Source: Nymphaea colorata (taxonomy: Eukaryota). From it: a DNA stretch of 64,000 bases. The stretch is taken from NCBI RefSeq assembly GCF_008831285.2, contig NC_045138.2, positions 24,056,001-24,120,000 on the forward strand, written 5' to 3'. The notes beneath the pieces were generated by a model. The model saw only the letters and a list, made by a program, of their open reading frames with translations. It did not search any database and was not told the DNA's origin. Both the position numbers and the translations under genes were made by a program. Positions 25,780-38,796 of the stretch are shown in pieces. Positions within the stretch are counted from its first letter, which is position 1, and every line of letters begins with the position of its first letter.

Positions 25780-28200
25780 TATTACATTAGCAAAAATTTC
25801 ACTAGTTTGCTAAGACAACAATACAAACATAATACATTTTTACCCTTATTTAATTTTTTGAGGACATGTGCGAGAATCATGTCCATGTTTCTTAGAAGTT
25901 GCAATATCCTTTGCAGTTTATTGTTGCGGTAACGTTGTGTAGTCCCCTTAGCATGAACTGGTCCACAATTTGTGAAATCGATTGTCATTTATCACACTAT
26001 TATTGTCAATTTGCATGGTTTGAGAATTTGCAGCACACATTTGTTCATTGATTGGGATCCTCTTTTTCTTTAGTTCTTGAATGTTTTCTAGTAGCTTATC
26101 GATGACATTAACTACATTTTCATAACATGTATTGTCTGACAATGTTTTGTTAATGCACTTGTTAGCCTTCAGTTGAAGCAGATTCTTCTTCACCAGCAAA
26201 AATGATTTTGCATCTGGCAACAAATGAGAAGGTGATTCCTTTCTTTCAACACATTTCTTAGTATGTCTAGTCCAACTTTGAAGTACATTAGTATAAGGCA
26301 AATCCTTTATGTGTTTTGCATTTAGTACCATAAGCATATGATAGCAGACAATACCAATCTTTTCCATTGCTTACATTGACAACTAGACAAGCATTGATTG
26401 CTCGAATCCTATGACACTACATAATGTTCACATGTTTCATTTGCGCTTCCATCTTCTACTAATTGCTTCATATGATATTCTCTCACTCCATTTTCATGTT
26501 CAGTCACTTTATATGAGCAACCCATGCATTCCAAATGCTTTAGTTTCACATATTTCTTATATATACTAAGAGTAAATGTATCTCAAAAATATGATTCACA
26601 TATATGGTTCCCACTGATATGTGTATTGATATGTTTTACTTCATTGTTCATCTTGAAATCCAATATCTTTTTATTGTATCATTGAGCATTGATTGTCTCT
26701 TCATATTTTACAACAAAGTCACTCAAAGATATGTTTTCATTGACCTAATTTTTAAAATAGTGATTTATGCTTTGATTTCATTGGATCATTAACATACCTG
26801 CTATGAATGTGTCATTGAACTATGGTTGAGCCCATGTTGTTCTTTCCTTCCATAAATTTTTAGCTCATTCAATATTTTGCAATTGTCGATACTTCAAATA
26901 CATTTCTTCCTATCTACTTTCGAAGACTTCAATTGTTTTTGACTTGTAAAACCACGCATCCCGCATATGTTTAAATTTATGATTAATTTTATATTGCCCA
27001 ATATATGTTGGTACTTTCATATATATAGGCCAATTGCAACACTTGTGGATTATATTCAGAAAATTTTCTTTTATTGTTGCCCTCATTGTTAAGTCTTGAT
27101 CGTTAAAAAATGGCATTAGAACTTGTCCACCCATACAATATAGCCATTGTTTAAAGAGCCATTTAAAGGACTCATTCTTTTAATGAATCAACAATGCACA
27201 ATAAAAAATAGTACACTGACCATGATGATTTACATCGGTAAAATGTGCAAGTAGCATGTGATCTTTATTTTTCTTATACACTATATCAAACATCACCATA
27301 TCTCCAAAATGGTAGTAACATTCACTTGTTGTAGCATCAGCCCAAAAATCATTTCCTATCTATCTACTATCATCGTATTGAACATTGTAAAAAAAAAATA
27401 TCTTGATTCTCATTGCTATTCTTCTTGAAGTAATCAGCCATTGTCTGAGTATCTTTTCCATTCAAGGAATTTGATAGTTTTTGTACATGCTTATACAATT
27501 GATCCTTACTAGATGGCACATTTTCTAATCCACTAACCTCACATGCAAAAACATCCATAACCTTCTATGGTTTCACTCCAGATTATATCATAGTTGTCAC
27601 TACATTCTTTTGAGGAGCATGCATCTTCTTACATGACTTGTGAAAATTAACTTTTGGTTGAGAGTGCAAGTAATGGTTGTGTGTATATTCAAATATTATG
27701 CACACACCCCATTTTCATAGTTGAGTCGAATTTGATTGACATCCATGTCTTCCATCCACTTCTAGTGCTTGCCTACTCCTTTTTCTCATATTATTTTTGT
27801 TTCTTGAACCTATTTTTGTTGCAAACAAATTGTTTGTGATATAGAACTCTACTGTTTTTTCTTGAGGCACATGCACGTATCAAAACCACCAAGAGTTGCA
27901 TATGTATGATAAATGAGTATGCTTTGTCATCACTTTCATACTCCATTCCTTTTCCTGACACATAATTTGGGTGAACATTAGGGATTATTTGAGTAACATT
28001 AGTAGAATGCTTAATATTCACCATGCTACTTGTTTCAATAACGCCCATATCTATTGCTTCATGTCCTTCATCCTCATTAAGTTTTCTTGCTCAATCACAT
28101 CACTATCATCCAAAATAGTCATTGTTCTTTCTCATTCAGCTAAGGCACATTGTAGTTGGTACTTGCATATGTACCCAACTTTCTTAAAATTTTAGAACCC
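25780..28200 (-). pseudogene. Degenerate FAR1/FHY3-like Mutator (MULE) transposase
   Basis: FAR1 domain start GMEYESDDKAYSF. MULE domain FWADA...YYHFGDMVMFD..YKKNK...VNHHGQCTIFYCALLIH*KNESFKWLF..WL.CMGG...DQD..M. SWIM finger CQCK..EKIGIVCYH...LP...LQSWT. Multiple stops and frameshifts. Confidence 0.85.
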
Positions 28201-28926
28201 AGATGGCTGCAACTACCTAACATAGTGGGCAACTTTCCTACAAAAACAACGACATGCAATAACATTTCACAAACATTTAACTGAATACAAGGATGTAAAG
28301 CATTCTAAATTCAGGTTTACATTAACCCTAACTATTTGTTGGATACATAAGTTCATACAATATTTATTTGAAGCATCATTATGTTCAGCAGATGACTGGA
28401 AAAAACTAAGAAAAAACAAGTTGAAAAATATCTATGAGCATGTCAAAGGATTCAAATAATAAGTCTACCAAAATGGGATCATGCAAATCTAATCCGATAG
28501 CTAAAAGCATGCCCGACTAATAGTTCGAGTGAGATAGAGTATTATGACCCAACCTTGAAAAAATAATCCAAAATGTCTCTTCCCTCCCTTTCCCTCCTTT
28601 TAGGTTCATAGGTTGCATCAGTATCAACAATAACCGATAACATCGGTGTAACATAGCTATCACCTCCTCTTTTTTTTTTTTTTTTCTTTTTTCTTCACAG
28701 TGAGTGGTTTTTTCCACAGCCTTGAAGAGAGGCAATTGCTTCCCCCATGCCCCTCACCCTTGAGGTCTATAGAGTATGCTTTGGGTTCTCTTATGGTCCA
28801 GAGAAAATAATACACTGGGTTGTGATAATGACCACAAAATTTGTAACTCAGATTTCTTCAAAGTGGATCGCCTTAGTGCTACACAACCCCTTGGGGTTCC
28901 TACTTAGATATCATGGCACACGATTA

Positions 28927-29144
28927 GGTGTTGTTTGATTGTTCATGGATCTCAAATTTGAGGGGATCTAAAATCCATGATAGCTAAAATCTACAATTTT
29001 ATCCAACCATGAATTACATCTACCCCCAACATGGAACTTAAATCCACACTATAGTATAAAAAATATGGATTTGAGATTAGATGGGGGTGAGGTCGAACCT
29101 CAGATCGTGAATCTCAGATCCACAGTGATCATCTGAACGCGACC
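28927..29144. mobile_element. Tourist-like (PIF/Harbinger) MITE
   Basis: TTA on both sides (28924-28926 and 29145-29147); imperfect TIR GGTGTTGTTTGAT / ATCTGAACGCGACC; internal GATCTCA/TGAGATC motifs. Confidence 0.6.
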
Positions 29145-29239
29145 TTAGAAATATAGGATTAACAGTTGCTTGCAGATCTCGTCGCCGAGTCTTGCAGCTA
29201 AGGGCCTGGTTTTATTACGCTTTGGTTCGGTCCCTGCGG

Positions 29240-29295
29240 GGCCCAGTTTAAGGGCCAGTCATTCAACGTATAAATATCATTCGGTATTAGGGTTT
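29240..29295 (+). promoter_or_regulatory. Ribosomal-protein promoter module: site II, TATA box, telo-box
   Basis: GGCCCA at 29240-29245, TATAAATA at 29269-29276 and TAGGGTTT (telo-box) at 29288-29295. This is the classic arrangement in plant ribosomal-protein gene promoters. Confidence 0.75.
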
Positions 29296-29359
29296 TCGAC
29301 GGCAGAAGGCACGAGCGGCTTGTGAGGAAGAGTTGCGAACAGCAGCCGCTACAGCCACC

Positions 29360-31428
29360 ATGGTGGAGAAGGGAGGGAAGGGAAGAAGGGAGGAGGTTGT
29401 CACCAGAGAGTACACTATTAACCTCCACAAGCGCCTCCATGGATGGTATGCCCCCTTCTCTCTCTCTATCTCTCATTTTTATACGTTATGTCCACCAGCG
29501 GTTCATTTGTCTATGACGATTCATTTTCATTTATGTTGATTATTCGATCACGCTTTTAGCATATATTTGCGCCTGCGGTGCGTCGAACTCAATGTTCTTT
29601 CTTTAGCTGTGGTTTCGGTTGAGATTCTTGTCAGTTTCCATTTTTTTTGATGACCATGATGTTCTGACTGTTTGGTAATCTGGTACCTGATCTCTTTGGC
29701 ACGCGTTCTGTTGTTTTCGGCGTACTGGAAGCCATGAAGCATGGATTGGTCTGGCTAGAGAGAAGCTGAGTTGTTTTATTTTTATTTTCGTATTCTTGGA
29801 GGGGAGATGTTTGAGTTGGGTTATGTACTTTTTCTGTTTTTAACATAAAGCATCTGATGAACGAAAATGGCAGTAGGGTTCTTAACTTAAACTTTAGAAA
29901 TCTTGAAGGCGTACTTGTTAGTTCTGATTTGGGTGAACCGACGGATCTTGTAAACGGCACGGTGGCTCAAACATTTTTGTGTGGCCCATCTATCTGCTAA
30001 GTACTGCTTTTAGATTAGGGAAACCTGAGAAATTTAAAACCTAACGGAAGGCTCTGGCCTGAAATGTATCCTAGTATTGCAGGTTATTTTTTTGCAGATA
30101 CATACTGAACATCCATTTCGTATATGTGTTTCTTTTGTTTTGTTTTTTAAAAAGAGTAATCTTGTTTCCTGTGTATTTTCTTATTGTCATAGGTTCACAT
30201 ACGTTTGTAAGCCTTTCAGATATGCATCTCCCCAGTGAAGACTCAGGACGGTGCATTGAATCTGTTGACTGCTTTGAGTTAAATTTGGTTTGCATCTGGT
30301 AAAAATTGAATGGTACATTGGAATGAATTTACTTATCCATCATCCTCCTTCAAGCCCTGGCTCAATGCAGTTGCTATGTCAACTGAGGAGCCTTCTAACC
30401 ATATTTTGATAATGTGTTCGTTAGTTGAACAGATGGAATCTGAACACAGTTTTAGAATAAAACCATCCAAAAAAGGGTCAGCATGCGGGGACATGATTCA
30501 GAATTAACATCTAATAATCATATAAGCTAGAGGCCATCTATCTGTCTAATTAAGAATGGATACACAAGGCCAACAATATATATGTACCCTGTCTACTAAG
30601 TTGAGGCAAACGATTGGTGACTGGTCAGAACTGTATTCCCAACTGACCCTTTCACTATACTATCCTTACAATTACTACTCAGATTTGTGTTGTCTCAGAT
30701 TTTGTTCATTTAATCCTTTGTTTTTTTTGGCTTATTCAGTTTCGCTCTGTGTTATTCTTTATAAATTGTTTTTGCTGTGCTTTTACCATACGTCTTATTT
30801 CTGTGTGATTTTCCTGTGTATTAACCATGTAAATAAATTTGTGGAAAATAACTGCAAACAAATGTATAGACTTTGCTGGTGTATGGGTTATGAAAAAAAT
30901 GTTCTATTTTAGTATGTTATCAATATTTATGCGTGAACTTATATATATAGACATATATAAAATAAAAAAATTTATTGTTATGTTCTAATTTGCTTGGCTT
31001 TGTGTTTCATTATTTCCACCGAGTTTTTGTCTGCTCACTGTTTTTCTGCTTGTTTCTATTTTCATTTCTTTCTGCATTTACTGTATCTTATACAAAGGAA
31101 TATGGCCTTTCAAGATTGGTTTAATGACCCCTTGTTTGTTAACAGCACCTTTAAGAAGATGGCTCCAAAAGCTATCAAAGAGATCAGGAAATTTGCACAG
31201 AAGGCGATGGGGACAACAGATGTGAGAGTAGACGTGAAACTTAATAAACACATTTGGAGTCGAGGGATCCGAAGTGTGCCTAGACGTGTCCGGGTGCGGA
31301 TATCACGGAAGAGGAATGATGAGGAAGATGCTAAAGAAGAGCTTTACTCACTGGTCACAGTGGCGGAGATCCCTCCCGAAGGATTGAAGGGCTTGGGGAC
31401 CAAGGTTGTTGAAGAAAGCGACGATTGA
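29360..31428 (+). CDS. RPL31: 60S ribosomal protein L31 (eL31), 2 exons, 122 aa
   Basis: Exons 29360-29445 and 31146-31428 (TG|gtatg...aacag|C). Protein: [86 protein letters not shown]. Confidence 0.96.
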
Positions 31429-33350
31429 ACTGCTCTGTTTCTTATGCAGAACATGTTTTTTGAGACTTTACTGAAAGAAGCGGCACTGAAAAATTCTCAG
31501 CGAACTTTATGGTAGATATTTTGAGTTTTTACTCCTATTCTGTTTGATGATTAGACCTCTTCCTGCCACATTTCAGAGTTTATTGCATCCAAGGAATGTC
31601 TCTTCTCTCCCATCCTTCTCCCATTGTTTGGATCTTTTATATGCAAGACTTCTGGCCGGTTAATTTGTGAGATGCTTTGCTTTTTTTTTTTGGCTAAAGC
31701 CTAAGAACCTTTTGGGCGTTCAGTTGATTAAACCGGAACGGCCCTCGGCATTTTTTTTCACGTTTTCGTCTAAGCGCTGGGTGCTCCATTCTCAAGCCTG
31801 CAAGAGGGTGGCCTCCTAACCATGTGGTTGGAATTCGTTCATTGACAAAATCTACCTATGGTCAAAGTCCGTAGTTTTTCACTCAAATCTTGAGGATTTG
31901 AGTTTAGAATTCGCGTATTTTCCTTCAAATCAAGAAAGCGGTACATGTATGAAATAATAGCATGCTTTAATACGGTGCAATGTGAATGTTTTTTCCTATG
32001 AATCCCGTTTGGATGACATACTAAAAACAATTGGTTCTGAGCAAAACATGGTTTCGTGAAAATCTGGTTTTGAAGCCTGATCTGTCCGCTTGGCTTACAA
32101 GAAAAGAATCAGGTTTTTATGACTGTAATAAAATTGTTCCACTAGTCATTACAAACAAATATAACCTCTGAATTACCTAGCACCAGTAGGGCATGAATAG
32201 TCACATCTAGAGACCATCTGCAATTAACTTCATGCTACCTATGTTTCCCAATGCATGAAAATAAGATGTTCATATTTGTAAAAAAAAGAAAAAGAAGAGA
32301 GAAGACATCTGTCACCCTTTCTATAAAGCCGAAATGTCTCAAACCCAATGCTCAATCATATACATGCATATACTTGTTGGTTGTGATCTAAATGTGCTTG
32401 CTGGTTACGATCTTTTTGATTTACTTGTAATGATAATAAACTAGCTTGTTAACAATCTTATATGTCAATGGATCCATGCATGCAAACTTACAAGCTGAAT
32501 GATCCAAAACCATGAACATGAGGTCGTTAGTGATACAGTTCATTAGGTGAAATTTTTTTCCCTTTTATAGGAAAGCATGGGCCTACTGATATTTTTTGTT
32601 TAAAAACAAAAGGAATAACATGTAATCTATAATATGATTTCCCTTATATGGACTTGCCTATACGAACTTCCGAACTTTCCTTCCTTGATTGGCACTTCCT
32701 TTATGATGTGCACATTTTTCTACAACGCATAAGCACATGTGACTAAAAAATGAAGAAGTGTATACATGATTAAATTATTATCGCAAAAACTCACCTATAG
32801 ATAGTAGTTAAAAGTCCATAAAACATTACATTCACTAACAATGTAATATTAAGCCCACATCTAGTCCATACATATGAAATCCACAGCAAGTCCATACGTA
32901 TTAAGTTTATATGAATTTCATGCATTTGAACTCCACATGAAGTCTACATCAAGTCCAATAGATGAAATCCATCATTGGAGTATTGCATGAGAACTTACAA
33001 AAATAGCAATCTATAAATAATCAGCTCGAACTTGGCTCGTGCTCGATCCAAACTTAGTCTGGTTTAAGATACTCAAATTGAGTTGGCTCAGCTCAGCTTG
33101 AACTCGACTCGTGAACAAAACACTAGTTCATCTGCCCCAAGGATCGACCATATTCATTGATGATCTAATGCTTGGGGCAGATTGAAAGAAGAGTTTAAGT
33201 TAAGACAGCTGAATAATCTATCCAGCCATCGACCGCATGATATTGTTATTTGTCTCATTCACAATCGGTGCGTATCGGCCCCTCACCGGTCCGACGCAGA
33301 ATGAACGATTTGAATTTTATCCGAGGCAGCAAGAGCCGATACGAGCTATA

Positions 33351-33357
33351 ACGTGGC
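33351..33357 (+). promoter_or_regulatory. ABRE/G-box-like ACGTGGC upstream of the SAP gene
   Basis: ACGTGGC about 250 bp before the GC-rich first non-coding exon of the SAP gene. Confidence 0.35.
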
Positions 33358-34836
33358 GCAACCGCCGATGTACATTTGAATAAAAAAATAATTTGTCGAT
33401 TTTTTTTTTTCAATAAATCGAAAAAAGCCGATACGCACCTGGTTCGATCATCGGCGAGAAGTGGAAAGTTGGAAGTCGTTATTTACAACATTGTTCAGAA
33501 AAGGGCAAAAAAGTTTGGAAGATAAAAGGAGGGACAACTCAAGGGGCCAGGTCGAGGGGGCAGCTCCGGGCAGGAGAGGGCCACCGACTTAGCACTCCAA
33601 AGCCTCTCCCCCGTTGGGCATCCCCAAAAACGGAGGCTTAAGTGCCACCGTCCTCTCCCCTCCGTTCTCTCCCTCTCTCCCTGTCACGCGAGGGGTAACT
33701 AGGGTTAGGGTCTTCCGGCGTCGGAGCGGAGACGCTGCCGATGGGAATGGTCGGCTGAGAGGGAGGCGATCGGCCGATCTTACCCCGATCTTTAGCGGCT
33801 TATTGGGAAGCGGATATCTTCTTTTTCTTTCCTTTTCATTATTTCCGTCGATCAGGTAGTTTTTTTCTCTCTCTCTATCTCTTGATGCTTTTGTCGGGGT
33901 TGAGGTCATGGCGACTTGTGAGTTAGCGTTGCATAAGTTTCGCTCAAGAAGGGATCTTTTCATTGTGAGGGTTAGAATTAGGGTTGGGGTTTATTTCAAA
34001 GAAGTGGCCGTTGTTAGTGTCGGTTTTTAGATGACTAGAAGCTTCTTACATGCCTATCCTCCTAAATTCGGTTATGAGCCTTTCTATATTTTGACATGGA
34101 TCCTTTTGTGTCAGAGACTGTGTTAGCTGGTGTTGGAATGAAACTTTCAGTTGGCTGTCTATAGTTTTTTGGAGTTTACAATGGTTGGAGATTAATTCCA
34201 TAAGACTTTTGTCTTTTTTTCCTTTTTACAATTTTGTAGCGGGGGTCGATCAGGTATGAAAATGCAATTGTTCATTTTGTTTCTTGTTTATGTTTATTGT
34301 TTACTTGCAATGGTTCAGCCCGTACTTTTGTCTTTATTTCCTCTTTTGAAATTATACTTTTTTCCTTTTGTGTCCGACTTTTTATGTCGTGGAATCGGTG
34401 GTTTGTTGGGTCATATTCTCGTTGTCTTGAGTATGCTTAGCGATTTTTCTTTTGGAACGTAGATTTCGTTCAGAGAGTTGTGAACCCTTTGATGGTGAAC
34501 GTTTTTGGATTCCCTTTTTTGTTTGTCTTCTCATTTCAATTTCTAATGTCCGTTTCTTGGACTTATGACCACGCATTTTAGTCAGAGTGAGAATACTTCT
34601 ACATACTTTATTTACTCGTTTGTGTGTACATTTAGTAGAAAACTTGTATTCGTTGATTTGGTTTTGAGGGCGAATATCAGTCTCTCCTTGTGCTCCCAGA
34701 TACGCAGAACAGCTAATTGAAAATTAGATTTGCAAAAAGTGTGTTGGAATTTTTTTTTTTTTTGGTTGGGTGGGGGGTTACTTTTGTATTGGTTTATGTC
34801 TTTTCTCATGAGTGTATTACACAGGGCAACTCGAGT

Positions 34837-35358
34837 ATGGAGCATGATGAGACTGGTTGCCAACCTCCCGAAGGCCCTATTCTTTGCATAAACAACTGTG
34901 GTTTCTTTGGAAGTGCAGCTACAATGAACATGTGCTCAAAATGCCACAAAGATTTGATATTGAAGCAGCAGCAAGCGAAGTTGGCTGCATCGTCTGTTGA
35001 AGGTATTGTCAACGGTAATAGCAGCAATGCTGGAAACGGAAAGGATCCTGAAATTGCTGACGCCTCAACTTTAACCACTGGTTCACTGGATCTAAAGTTT
35101 GTCTCATTTCAGCCACTGGAGGTTGGTGCTTCATCTGACGATAGTGTTGACAAGCCAAAGGAGGGTCCAAACCGTTGCAACTCTTGCAAAAAAAGGGTTG
35201 GGTTGACTGGTTTTAGATGCAAGTGTGGGGAACTGTTTTGTGCAGTTCATCGCCACTTTGAAAAGCACAACTGCAAATTTGATTACAAAGCTCATGCACG
35301 TGATGCTCTCGCCAAAGCCAATCCAGTTATTAAGGCTGAAAAGCTGGATAAAATATGA
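34837..35358 (+). CDS. A20/AN1 zinc-finger stress-associated protein (SAP), 173 aa
   Basis: N-terminal A20 finger ([39 protein letters not shown]) and C-terminal AN1 finger ([27 protein letters not shown]...HNCKFDYK...[15 protein letters not shown]). The ATG follows a splice acceptor at 34823-34824; the upstream part of the tracked ORF (from 34717) is intron. Confidence 0.95.
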   Translation: MEHDETGCQPPEGPILCINNCGFFGSAATMNMCSKCHKDLILKQQQAKLAASSVEGIVNGNSSNAGNGKDPEIADASTLTTGSLDLKFVSFQPLEVGASSDDSVDKPKEGPNRCNSCKKRVGLTGFRCKCGELFCAVHRHFEKHNCKFDYKAHARDALAKANPVIKAEKLDKI

Positions 35359-36359
35359 GGCCATCACTGCCCAGAGGACTTGAAGGACAGAAGGTTAAGG
35401 AACTCAGATGTCATGCTTCTTCTCTAGCTCAGTCTTGCTTCTTTTAGAGCAGGGTCTGTCATCTCTTTACTTTTTGTGCTTGATTGTGCTTTATTTATAT
35501 AAGCGGTTAAGAGTTGCAAAACTTATATGTTTGTATTCATGAACTCTATGTTCCTAGCTGTATGCTGGACTTTCATGGGTATTTCATGCAAGCTTTGCCA
35601 TCTTTTTTGTTTTGTATCCAGTTGAAGGCAGACGGTGTCTCAGATCATGTGATTGGTGTATAGTTTTTTTTATTGGTGCTTATTTTATATTAATATTTGC
35701 TGTCTTTTGCAAGGACATTATGATAGGCAGGTGCTGCCTGCTGTTTTTCTCTGTTTTTAATGGTACATTGGATGTGATAATGGACACATCCTAAATGATT
35801 AATACGGTCTTCTGATGTTAACACACTCATGGGAGGTTGAAGACATGCTTATAGTCTGGTTAACTGAAAACATAAGGGATGAATATATTTAGAACTTAAT
35901 ATTGTTTCATGGTTATGTTAAAGCATCATAACATGGGAGGGCTAGTGTCCACATGGAAGGTTTCAAACTTGCACATTGGATTATGCTTGTTGAAATGCAA
36001 TTAGTTTATACAGGGAAAAGTGATCTGACTGATGGCAGGAGCTCATTTTCAGTTAAGCAGCTAGAAGTGATTCTCATAGGTTAGTTGCATCATCTTCTAG
36101 TTTGTATTCTCAAGGCAAACTACTATGCTGTTACTGAAAGGCCTTTCTTGCAGCTTATCTTATGTTTTTCCTTGTGATATTGTGATTAGTCTAGTTTTGC
36201 CCAACATACTGCTCATTTACTTGTTTTTCAACTGTTTTTAAAGACTGCCTGATTATGGTGAAATGACTTTGTTGGACCTAGTTCCAGCAATATTATATTA
36301 TGAAACCTAATCAGTAATGCCTAGATAATAGGGAATGTCAGTAGGAGCTGGTGCAGCTT

Positions 36360-36507
36360 AAGAGACTGAGATCCACGGTGATCTGATCTCATCCCCTTTT
36401 TTTGGGGGTGGGGGTGGGGGGTGGGGGGAGGATTGATGCTGAAATCCACAGTTTGTTTGATTTCGGATCCCCTTGAATCTGAGATCCAAGAGAAATCAAA
36501 TGCAACC
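36360..36507 (-). mobile_element. Partial reverse-orientation copy of the 28927-29144 Tourist-like MITE
   Basis: GATTTCGGATCCCTTGAATCTGAGATCCAAGAGAAATCAAATGCAACC approximates the reverse complement of 28927-28975. Confidence 0.5.
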
Positions 36508-38796
36508 TGACTTATTAAGTCTCGTAGACTCAACAAAAATAGGTGCCACACATGAGTCTCGGCTTGGCTCTGGCTTGCTCAATGTAAATCCTCTGTTGTC
36601 AACCTCGCTGAGCTGTTTTCATCTAGAGATTTAGGGGGCACCCAACTCAAGCTCATGAGAAGAGTGTGGTCAAAGGAAAAAAAAATTATTATGACCTTTT
36701 TGAAATTATTTTTGAATGGTAACTACCTTTTGGTTTCTTTTTACATTTTTTAATAACTATTTGTTTTTTTTATGAATGTATTTGCAAGAAATCGGTAGGG
36801 AACTCAGAATTTGCTATTTTTAATTATTTTTTGAGTTTCTTCTAATTTAGCTTGTTGATTCCTGAAACTTTGTGCGCAACTAATAATGAGTACACATTGA
36901 ATTATGCCTAAAAAGGAGAACAAGTATAAGACAAAAACAAAATAAAAGGTAACATGTAAAACACTAATTGGCATAAAAAGTTGAAATCACATCTGACCAA
37001 CAAACATATGCCAAGTAATTATGTGCGCACCAAAATCACATTTCACAAGTATGACTACCATAAGTACCAAACATTGCATAAACCTTGCACTTGTATTGTA
37101 TCAAAATTATCATTATACAAGGCATAGACAAGTTTCGAACTTCAGAAGTTTCAAGGTTGTTTAATTTAAGAGCACAAACTACAATTTTCTTTCTTAAAGA
37201 GAAAAAAGAGAAATGAATCTACTTCCTGTGAAGTAGAATCAGGCTACTCATTCACCCTATTGCACAGGTGTTGCCTTTCTTCTGCTTTCGATCATGATCT
37301 TTTTTATCGTCTGAGAATGTCGTTCTCAATCCCAATTCCAGAAGTACCTTCGATGGAGATCTAAGCCTTCACAAGCTTCTCATCCATTACCAATTTATCC
37401 GAATAAATGAGTGTTCACTTAAGCAGCTGTAACATATGGATTGTGCCAATTGTAATTCTATTTTTTATCAATTATAATAAAAGAAGATGTATTTTGTCTT
37501 TTTATCTTTCTTAGCTATCCTTATGGTTTCTTTGGCATTTTCAGGTGCTTCATGCAAGTTGCATATAATAGCTCCGCTTTATCAATTGTCTTCTCATTTT
37601 CCAAAAATCTTCATTTTGAATAAGAATTAGTCAGTTTCTTTGGATCAACCTTCTCAACTTTTTCCACAAGTTCCCATTTATTTGAAGGAAGTATAAACTG
37701 ATGACACTCCTCTTGCTTCAAAATGGAATTGAAAGTTAAAGCAAACGAAATTGAAGCCATATCTTGTCAAATCAGGACTGCTCAACCAGTTTCCATTAGT
37801 GTGAATTTTCTTAATATTTAAATTCTGTTGCTTGTTGTACATGAATATCACATTTTCTTTGTTTTGTTTATTACATATTATATGTCCAAATTATATTCAA
37901 GTACTAAATCAAAACAATAAGGAGCATATGAGGTAATATATACATTTTGATGACCTTGTATCCAAATTGTCTTTTGGCCTTCTTTAATTGCTTCCATTGC
38001 CTATATTAATTTGGACATAAACTTTTGGGTTCTGTTTCTTCTATTGCAGAAGAAAAACTTCAACTGTGAAATCTGTATTTTGATGCCCTTTTCTATATGT
38101 TTTCTTTTGAAAAAAAGTGCCTTTGGAGATCTTACTGATAAGTTGATCCATCTTTGGAACTAGCGTTCATGATTGTGTATCAAAGTGTGAGATCATGTGG
38201 ATTTTATTTCGTTTACACATTCTCAAACCTTTGTTTTGTGCTTTCCAATAGCTTTGTTTTTGATGTCATTGTTCTGAGGCATATATCTTGGTGTACGATT
38301 TGACACAATAATAACAATTCTTTTGTGTTCTTGAAATGGAAGGGAATCAATGGCAAATTTTTTTTGTTGCTACAAGACTAAAAAGGAAGCCATCAATGCG
38401 CGTGTTTTTTTCTTGCTTTATAAGTACTTTTGGAAATGTTTTTTCTTGTCCCTTGTATGCTGGAATTGTTTGCTTCAGCAGTTACCTGAACACAAAGATG
38501 TAGCACTTAACTCTGACCTGACTGGGGTGCTAAAATAATTCTGAATTTTGCCGTTCTTGGAAGATCGTTAAAGCGAGTAATTGCTCCTTAATAAGGTTTA
38601 TTTCAATATTTACCAACCAATTTCCTTTTCTTTATTTGCAATTGCATGAGCCGGAATGGATGCTTCTAAATCTAGGGGACTGCTGTTTCAGGAGCAAGAT
38701 AAAAGGACTTTTTTCTCTTCTTTCTTCCTCTCTCGTCTTTCATCTCTTTCTTTCTTCATTTTTTTTCTTTTTCCTTGTGCTACTATCTCTCTCTTT

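Noticed and set aside
29854..29927. Possible intronic box C/D snoRNA in the RPL31 intron (CTGATGA ... CTGA)
   Set aside because: The C box lacks the leading purine, there is no convincing terminal stem, and the short possible rRNA complementarity is interrupted next to the D box. A snoscan or Rfam search would settle it.
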